In this document: piece after piece, positions 24,526 through 33,100 of the stretch | Layout of the letters: the number at the start of each line of letters is the position of its first letter | Numbering within the stretch: the first letter of the stretch is position 1 | Source: Chloroflexota bacterium | GTDB taxonomy: Bacteria > Chloroflexota > Anaerolineae > Anaerolineales > UBA11858 | DNA length: 58,452 bases | Direction of reading: 5' to 3' | Assembly: GCA_030666985.1 (NCBI GenBank) | Contig: DAOUWT010000001.1 | Coordinates: forward strand, 1-58,452 | The notes under the pieces: generated by a model | What the model saw: the letters and a program-made list of their open reading frames with translations, nothing else | What the model was told of the DNA's origin: nothing | The model's database searches: none | Program-made: the position numbers and the translations under genes

Positions 24526-24957
24526 TTATGGTGATTCCTCTGCATGCAACAATTCTACAACCTCTTCGATCAGAAACGGCAAATTGGGCTTGGTGAATGA
24601 GAGCTTCGGCGCGGGGACGCGGTTGTGTTTTATGTCGGGATGAATGTGTTTATGGTGGGGATGCGTGGGGGCCAAAGCTGGATTATTAGGGTGCGCTTGG
24701 GAATCGTACCAGTAAAGCCGTTTGTCACCCTGCCAGACTACGTAACCGTATTGCAAAATCTCTAAGATACCAGTGTCAAAGTCTACCAACTCGGCTATAT
24801 CAAGATGGATGTTATGGGGAAATGTCAAATCGCCAACCACTCGGCCAGAAGCCGGTCCTGTGCGTATGATGCGTAAAGTTGAGGAGAGGATTGATGGAAA
24901 TGTATCGCGCAGGTTGTAAATCAAAAATTCATAATCGGCAATGGCCTCTGGTATCAT
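24526..24957 (-). CDS. DUF6516/TumE-like putative toxin
   Basis: 143 aa with YWYDSQAHPNNPALAPTHPHHKHIHPD. I recall the His-rich xPHHKH motif as typical of DUF6516. It has an ATGA overlap with the upstream small gene. Confidence 0.55.
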   Translation of the reverse strand: MIPEAIADYEFLIYNLRDTFPSILSSTLRIIRTGPASGRVVGDLTFPHNIHLDIAELVDFDTGILEILQYGYVVWQGDKRLYWYDSQAHPNNPALAPTHPHHKHIHPDIKHNRVPAPKLSFTKPNLPFLIEEVVELLHAEESP

Positions 24958-25241
24958 CCGGCGACTCCTACCAGCAACGACTCACGCATCAACGCTGGCA
25001 TCTCGCGCTGTGACAGGGTCTGGGAAACCAGATGGCGATACTTTTCCTGGCGGCGCAGCTTGAGTTGATAAGTCCCGGCCCAGAGTGCAAAGTCTTGCAC
25101 CCAATCTGGGTCTTCTGGCTCTTGACCGCTTTGGTACCAGGCGAAAAAAGTCTCGGAAAGGAACCCATATTTGGTCTCGAAGCGGGACAACTCGCGTTCC
25201 AGGTTGTGTAGTTCTGTTATCAGTTCTTGTAGATGTGACAT
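24954..25241 (-). CDS. Small helical protein, putative antitoxin/partner of the DUF6516-like gene
   Basis: 95 aa with a coiled-coil-like N-terminus. It shares a 4-nt ATGA overlap with 24526-24957. I do not recognise the family. Confidence 0.5.
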   Translation of the reverse strand: MSHLQELITELHNLERELSRFETKYGFLSETFFAWYQSGQEPEDPDWVQDFALWAGTYQLKLRRQEKYRHLVSQTLSQREMPALMRESLLVGVAG

Positions 25242-25425
25242 GGTGCTCCTCTGGTAAAACTCTGGCGATAAAATGCCTTATTGGTTTTCAAACTCGAGTT
25301 TCTATCACGGTACATGTTTAAAAATGCAGTGTAATACAAGTACTCTCAGAAATATTATAACCTATGCCCGTCCGCCTGGTCAACGAGCAGAGGGCTGCTT
25401 CCGGCGTATTGGTAATCGCTTCTTC

Positions 25426-25516
25426 GTACTTAGGGGTTGTCTATTATTAACTTTGTAGTTTTCATCAAGCTGAGGAACCGCGTTCCTCAGAGGAACGCGG
25501 TTCCTCAGCGAAAGTT
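25426..25516 (+). repeat. Copy B of the ~81-nt hairpin-containing direct repeat
   Basis: tacttaggggttgtctattattaactttgtagttttcatcaagct-GAGGAACcgcGTTCCTC-a-GAGGAACgcgGTTCCTC-ag, in the same orientation as copy A. Confidence 0.9.
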
Positions 25517-25700
25517 ATTTCTTGACGACGCCTTAGGTAGTTCCAGAATTTGAATCATCCCAAAACTGTGTTCCTACTTGAGAAAACATGGCATCTTTTG
25601 GGATACTTATCTTCCTGGAACGGCTTCATCTAAATTATGAAAATCAGCGTCCCAACCCCCAACATCCTAACGTCCCAAGCGCTTGGCCACCTCACTAAAA

Positions 25701-25746
25701 GTTACTTACCAACTACTTACAAACTACTTACCAAGTACTTACCATG
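25701..25746. repeat. Octamer-like tandem repeat (ACTTACCA)n
   Basis: gttacttaccaactacttacaaactacttaccaagtacttaccatg. Confidence 0.8.
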
Positions 25747-25822
25747 TCCTTATCACCACAATCGCTAAATAGATTGGATCAACGCACAAACGATGATGCA
25801 AATCAGCGCGGGTGAGCTTTGG

Positions 25823-25831
25823 TGGTATAAT
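25823..25831 (+). promoter_or_regulatory. Extended -10 promoter element (TGGTATAAT) upstream of the MNT-HEPN pair
   Basis: TGnTATAAT at 25823-25831. The -35 is weak (tcagcg). The MNT start at 25929 is ~90 nt downstream. Confidence 0.35.
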
Positions 25832-25928
25832 AGTTCGCTGCCAGCTTTACATTGTTTTTGCTCAAAACCATATTTCTAGCGATGAGCAAATAGCAGGAAT
25901 TCAACCACGTGCAACAAGGGGCAATCTG

Positions 25929-26219
25929 ATGGAATTTGAAAAGAACATCACTGAAATAGTGCAAACCATTACAAAGTTCGTACAACCGGAACGGGTTATT
26001 TTGTTTGGTTCCAGAGCGCATGGTACAGCCCACCGTTATTCAGATTATGATATTGCTTTGTCAGGTGTCACTATTGATCATAGAATGGAACGCCGCCTTA
26101 AAGAAGCCTTGGATGATAGGCTGGGCATCTTCACGGTTGATCTGATCCTGCTTGGTAGAGTAGACTCGGAATTCAGAGAGATTGTCACGCAAAACGGAGT
26201 GATAATATATGAAAACTAA
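25929..26219 (+). CDS. Minimal nucleotidyltransferase (MNT) antitoxin-type protein
   Basis: ILFGSRAHGTAHRYSDYDIAL (GSxxxG...SDxD). I place the start at ATG 25929, because the tracked upstream extension has no homology-like features. Confidence 0.8.
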   Translation: MEFEKNITEIVQTITKFVQPERVILFGSRAHGTAHRYSDYDIALSGVTIDHRMERRLKEALDDRLGIFTVDLILLGRVDSEFREIVTQNGVIIYEN

Positions 26220-26607
26220 AACCCTGATTTACGCGCTCAATAAATTTGAAAAGGCTTTTACGAGACTGGAAGCAGCCGTGGAGAAAGTTGTGGACGATTT
26301 GGATCGCGATGGAGCTATCCAACGTTTTGAGTTTACGTTCGAACTCTTGTGGAAGACGGCCAAGATATTTTTGGAATATGAAGGATTTAGATGCGTCAGT
26401 CCCCGTTCTTGTATCAAGGAAGGCGTCCGAAGGGGGCTTTTATTAGAAGGTGAAGTCCTTCTCGATATGATGGAAGATAGAAACAAGACGACGCATATCT
26501 ACGATGAACACACGGCTGAGGAGATATTCGAGCGCATCAAAAACGAGTATGTTCCGGTGATAGCCAGCAACATCAAGAAAATAAGGGAGTTGTGCCCCGG
26601 CGGATAG
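26209..26607 (+). CDS. HEPN domain protein, HI0074-family (nucleotidyltransferase substrate-binding protein)
   Basis: AIQRFEFTFELLWKTAK and the Rx4H HEPN motif RNKTTH. It overlaps the MNT gene by 11 nt. Confidence 0.85.
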   Translation: MKTKTLIYALNKFEKAFTRLEAAVEKVVDDLDRDGAIQRFEFTFELLWKTAKIFLEYEGFRCVSPRSCIKEGVRRGLLLEGEVLLDMMEDRNKTTHIYDEHTAEEIFERIKNEYVPVIASNIKKIRELCPGG

Positions 26608-27157
26608 TTTTAGTGGGAATGAGACTGATTAGTTGGTTGATAATATTTTGCTGATTCGTGCCAGATGGGCAAAAGAGCGGGGGGGCGAATAATTACCGCT
26701 AGCAGGCTGTCGGAGAAGTCAAAATGGGACGCTGACGGCCAAGACCTACACTTGGCTAAGCAGATAAATGCTGATTTAAACCTGCTTAAACGGTTAAAAA
26801 TCTGCGTTAATCAGGAAAATCTGCGTCCAAAATTCTTTTTCCGACAAACTGCTAGTGGCACAAATTATTTTAGATTTTAGCCTTAAAGCTCGTAAAATTG
26901 TGGGGGTAAAATAAATGCGTGATAAAAGAGGCTATTTTGAGCAGTCATCCTTAAAATATTCATTTTCTGAACACGGCTTGCCTTTTTAAGTTATAATGAC
27001 ATTACACTAATTTGGAATGAAAGGCATAGCTGCGGCAACGATGGAAGAATGGGGGAAGCAATGTGGTCATCAATGAGGTCTTCTTTGAACAAATGCTATT
27101 CGGTAAGACGATAATAGTGCTTTTTAAGCATCCCTTGGGGGGAGAGGAGGCGCGAAA

Positions 27158-30100
27158 ATGAATAGAAGATCAAATAATCAAATTCTGGTTCGTGTTTTTA
27201 GTGTGGTTCTGCTTGTTAGTTTGTTGTTCTCAAACTTGAGATTCTTTGGCGATCTGCCCACAGTTCACGCTCAGAAGGAAAAACAATCTATGCCCACTAT
27301 GCTACCATCGGGAATAGAGTCACTGATGTCTAAGCCTTTATATTCTTCATCATCTTTCAGTATTGGTGATACTGTACAGGTCACAACTAATCTTAATGTT
27401 CGGGTTGGGCCAGGTACAGGTTATTCTGAGATTACAGATCCTGACTATCTAGTTTATGAATATGCTCCACAGGGAACTATTGGAGAAGTAATTGATGGCC
27501 CTGTATCTGATGGCAGTTACATTTGGTGGAAAGTAAACTTTGGGCCTGGGGAATACACAGGGTGGTCAGTTGAGATGTACCTCACGGAGGTCGCCCAAAG
27601 ATACGATATCCAATGGTCAACTGCACAGAGTAATGGTTGGAAAAATCCACTAGGAGAGGGGAAGACGCTGACCACTAGTACAGCATATGATTTTGACTCC
27701 GGCATATATAAGGAAACCTGGAGTGCAAGGCATGCCGGGGTGGATATTGTAGCCTCAGAAAATTCATCTATTTATGCAATAGCAGATGGAACGGTCGAAT
27801 ACGTAACGAGGCCTACTAATACCGAGAATATGGTGGTGATTATTAGGCACGAAGGAACGCCACATGGGGATTTCTTTGCTGTCTATGGACATGTTTTGGC
27901 AATTGAAGGGCTAGAAAAAGGAAGTCAAGTTAGCGCAGGTCACAAAATAGGTGCCAGTAAGAAATGTGGCAACCCTGCCCATCTACACTTTGGAATAAAC
28001 AAATATAAGGTAGCTCAATCCGGTTGGGGAAGGACACCAGTAGAAGTAGATCCTATAACTGAAGACTGGGTTGATCCTGTTGATTTTCTAAATAATAACA
28101 CGAATAACCATTCTAATAACCACCCCCCCAACGCAGAAGCAGCAGTGAGCACCAGCCTTTATGGGCCATTTTATGGGTACGATAACCCTCTCACAGTAAC
28201 TAGAGGTGAAGAAATTACTCTGTATTTCTATGCCGACAAAGATGTAGATGGAGATGGATTAAAAAGTCATGATCCCGATGGTTGGGATCATGCAGAGAAT
28301 GGTGTTTCAGATGGCGGGGTGTGTGAATGGAACTTGAATCTAGAACAGCAAAACCCTTATTTCGAAATGAGATTACATGATCCTGTATCCCCTGATGCTT
28401 GTAACATATTATTCTATAACTCTCAAAACCCTTACACTTTTAACGACGAGCCAGGAATATATGAGTATCCACTATTAAGCATTACAGACAGAAAAGGTGA
28501 ACAATCTATTGTGAGTAGGATTAGAATCAGAGTGGTTGATGGAAATACATCTACTCCTACGTTAACGCTCACACCCACATTAACGAGGACACCCTCTCCA
28601 ACGCCCTCATTGACACCTACCGACACACCTACTGATACACCGTCCTCCACATCAACGGGCACCCCGACTCCAACCCAAACCGATACACCGACGCCAACCC
28701 AGACCTATACACCTTCCCCAATACCCACTAATACCCTGACACCAACCCAAGCCCAAACCCAAACCTACACTCCACCACCAACATCTACAGAGATACCCCC
28801 TGATGGATCTTGGCACACACCCTCCGCGGCAGGAAAAGCCGAAAATGAATGGAACAACCCCGAAAACGCATTCTTCAGTGACAATAACTATGCAACGGCA
28901 CATGGAACTTATACAGAACAAGATTACTATTCCTTTGACTTTGATATTCCACCAAATGCTACCATTGAAGGAGTTGAGGTTGCTGTCGAAGGACATGGGG
29001 AAATAGGAGGTAGTGATCAAATCTCAGTTGAACTTTGGTCAACGAGTAGGAACCCAGATGAAACTCCGCCATTAGGGTTTTGGGGGACTAAAAACAATGG
29101 TCAAGCTGGATGGTGGCTGCTAGGAAACGGAAGCGACTCAACAATTGTCGAGGGCGGCCCTTCAGATCTTTGGGGTGTTAATTGGGTGCCTTCAGATTTC
29201 TCAAATGATAATTTCTTACTCAGAATCAAAACGTTCTCAAACCCCGATAGAGTTTATGTCGATCAAGTAAAGGCCAAGGTTTACTACACCATTTCGCCAA
29301 CCAATACGCCAACAGCGACATCAACCCCGACGAGCACAGCAACAGGAACCGCTACACCCACAACTACCCCACAACCAGCAACTCCGACACGGATACCAAC
29401 TTCTACTACAGAACCAGAATCGGGTTGGTATATCCAGACAGTTGATAACGATGGAAATATTGGGCGATACAGTTCTCTAGTGATAGACGATTGGGGCTAT
29501 CCCCATATCAGTTATCAAGATTTTGGTAATGGGGATTTGAAATATGCTTATTGGGATGGCTCTACTTGGCATATAGAGACTGTGGATAGTGAAGGAATCG
29601 TGGGTCTATTTACCTCATTGGAATTAGATGAGAGCGGACATCCTCACATAAGTTATTACGACGACACCTATGATGATCTAAAATATGCTTACTGGGATGG
29701 AACATCTTGGCAAATCGAAACCGTTGACAGCACTGGATTTGTCGGAGGTTATACTTCTCTTGCTCTAGATGGAGAGGGTTATCCTCACATTAGTTACAAT
29801 GACTATGGCAATGAAGATTTGAAATATGCTTATTGGGATGGCACCTTTTGGAACATAGATACTATTGACAGTAATGGAAATGTGGGCAGAGACACATCAA
29901 TAATTTTAGATGGTTATGGCAATCCACATATTAGTTATCTAGATCATGGTAATAACGATTTGAAGTATACACATCAGGACGGTTCAGGATGGCACTTCGA
30001 GGTTGTTGACACTGCAGGAAGCGTTGGCCATTGGTCAACACTTGAGATTGACGCGACAAATTATCCCCATATCAGTTACTACGATGGGAGCAATGGGCAT

Positions 30101-33100
30101 CTGAAATACGCTTCCTGGAACGGCTCTTCATGGCAGAGAGAAATCATTGCAAATGAAGGAATCGAAGGTTTGTATTCCTCAATTATATTGGACTCTAATG
30201 ATCACCCCCATATAAGCTTTCATGAAGGCTTCAATGATGATTTAAAATATGCCTACTGGGATGGATCCCAATGGCATATCCAAGTAGTGGATGATAGTAA
30301 TGATGTTGGTCAATGGACATCAATTGCACTTGATACTATAGGCTATTCACATATCAGTTATTATGATTGGGGAAATTCCAATCTAAAATATGCTTATCAG
30401 GAGGAAATTCCCGAACAAACTGAGACCCCTTCTTCAACGCCAACAAATACGCCTACCCAAGTACCAACTCCTAACGAAACGCCCTCTCCAACTCCCACCG
30501 ATACACCGACTCCAACTTCAACATACACGCCAATCCCGACGTCTACCTTTACACCAACACCCACCCCAACCTACACGCCCTCTCCAACCTCTACCAATAC
30601 ACCGACATACACTTCAACATCCACTCCATCCTTAACACCTACTGATACCCCAACGCCCACAAGTACTGTAAGCCCCTCAATCACTCTTGTTTCTTTCACT
30701 GCGACCATTGAAGGATTGGATGTAAAAATCGAGTGGGAAACTGCCTCGGAGTTTGATTTATCAGGCTTTTATGTCCTCCGAAGTTTGTCCCTAGATGGGA
30801 ATTATTCGCGCATCAGTGGATTCATCCCCGGAGAAGGTGACAGCATCGTCGGCACCACTTATGAATTCATCGATACCAATGTCAATTCAGGTACCAATTA
30901 CTACTACAAACTGGAAGATATAGACATTAATGCCGTCTCAACCTTTCATGGTCCAGTCGCGGTTGGCTCCACCACTCAAACGCCTACTCCTACCATAGTC
31001 GAATCTGGCACACCAACTCGTACTCCAACATTCACACCGACTCCAACTTCAACATTCACCCCATCCCCGACTCCGACAAATACTCCTGAACAATCATTTT
31101 GCTCCAACGTAACCGAAATTCCTAATGAGGAATGTGATGCTCTAGTAACACTCTACAACAGCACCAACGGTGATAATTGGAACAATAATGATGGCTGGTT
31201 AGTCACAGATACTCCCTGTGATTGGTACGGAGTTACTTGTACTGCTGGACATGTTGTGCGGCTTGATTTGGATTGGAATGAGTTAAGCAGAAACATTCCT
31301 CCCGAATTGGGGAATCTATCCAATTTGGAGTACCTTCGTTTGTCCGGTAACCAACTGAGCGGCAATATACCCTCCGAATTGGGGAACCTATCCAATTTGA
31401 CCGATCTCGATCTGGATTGGAACGAACTGAGCGGAAACATTCCTCCCGAATTGGGGAATCTATCCAATTTAGCACATCTTAATCTGTCCTCTAATAACCT
31501 GAATGGCAACATACCCACCGAATTGAGTAACCTTTCCCATTTGGAAAGGTTATCTTTGTATGGTAACGATTTAAGTGGCAATATCCCCCCTGAACTAGGT
31601 AATCTGACAAACGTTGTGAGTATTCGTTTGGAAGGAAACACATTATGTGGTGAAATACCTTCGGATCTGGGAAATTTGTCTAATTTAGCTTATCTCGATT
31701 TGGGCGATAATCAATTAACGGGGAGTATTCCTGCTGAATTGGGCAACCTTTTTACTAATTCAGAGTTACAAGAACTCCAAGATTTGGGTAACACTACACC
31801 AACTGGTGGGGGAGGCGGATGGCTATTTCTGGATTTGAGTAATAATCAGTTGAGTGGTCATATTCCGTCTGAGCTAGGTAATATGACGAAACTTCATATG
31901 CTTAATTTGGCCGGCAATAAGTTAACAGGCCCTATTCCTGAGGTGATTGGCAATTTAGTCAATCTATATTTTTTACAGTTGGATCGAAATGCCTTGTCTG
32001 GGGAGATACCAAGTTCTATAACTAATTTAACACAACTAGAAACAACATGGGAGACTGATCTGGGCTATAACATGCTATATTCAACGAATCCCAGTGTCAT
32101 TGTTTTTTTAGATGTGAAAGATTTTGATTGGGACAGCTCCCAAACTATTCCTCCCAGTAACGTAGAAGTAGCAGAGGTTGGGGAAACCAGCGTAAAATTG
32201 TCATGGATCCCTGTACTTTATCTCGGACACAGTGGTTATTATGAGATTGGTTATGCTACCACGGAGGGAGGTCCGTACACAATTTATGGTCAAACCAAGG
32301 ATAAGTCTATAAGTGAGTATGTCGTGAATGGTTTATCTCCTGATACAACTTATTACTTTGTTGTACGCACGTTTACACCTGCGCATGGGGCTGCAGATAT
32401 GCCCGCTCATGAGCCACAACAGAATGACCTATTGAGTGCCTATAGCGTTGAAGCTTCAGTTACAACAGGCACTACCAAGCCAGAAATCAATGTAAAAGGT
32501 AACGGCCGTTCTATTATGGATGGAGACATGCTGCCTTCTACAATCGACAATACTGATTTTGGTACGATTAACTTTCAAGATGGTACTATCACTCACACCT
32601 TCGTAGTTGAGAATACTGGTAACCTTGATTTGACAATTACTTTACCGATTTCTGTTACTGGTACAAACCCGGGTGATTTCAATATCACAAATTCTCCAGC
32701 CTCCTTAATTTCTCCTGGGGGTTCAACATCCTTTACTTTGGAATTTGATCCTAGTGACATTGGAGATATAGAAGCCGTTATTAGTATTACCAATAATGAT
32801 GAAAATGAGAATCCTTATGAATTTGCAGTTCAAGGTAATGGAGGCATTCCGCCAATAGAACGAAATGCCCTCGAAGCTCTTTACAATAGCACCAATGGTG
32901 AGAACTGGTGGAATAACGATGGGTGGATGGATCCTGATATTTCTCCATGTGAATGGTATGGTATTACTTGTAGCAATGACCATGTTGTCAAAATCCAGTT
33001 GAGATGGAATGATTTAGAAGGTTACATTCCTTTAGAATTGAGTAACCTATCCAATTTAGAAGAGCTTTCTCTAGGAGGTAACGAACTTGCTGGGAGTATG

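Noticed and set aside
24284-25516. Integron gene-cassette/attC interpretation of the 81-nt repeats (a GTTAGGC = GTTRRRY match occurs at 24284-24290)
   Set aside because: There is no integron integrase or attI in the window, and the GTTRRRY match is absent from copy B. It also lies between the promoter's -35 hexamer and repeat copy A, and only two copies are visible. I kept the locus as a finding about a repeat-bracketed cassette but do not call it an integron.
26665-26880. 71-aa ORF upstream of the giant gene
   Set aside because: It has a low-complexity, repeat-like sequence (aaaatctgcgt words giving ...ICVNQENLRPKFF...), no RBS, and lies inside an AT-rich non-coding leader.
26881-27157. Possible riboswitch or leader RNA in the long AT-rich 5' region of the giant gene (TATAAT at 26992-26997)
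   Set aside because: I could not match it to any riboswitch consensus I know (for example c-di-GMP or THF), and there is no convincing conserved stem architecture. I left it unannotated.
28432-29020. Antisense ORFs (76 and 122 aa) within the giant gene, and similar antisense or out-of-frame ORFs inside the kinase, ABC and FeoB genes
   Set aside because: They lie entirely within much longer, domain-rich ORFs on the other strand or frame. Those over the PT linkers are low-complexity mirror translations.
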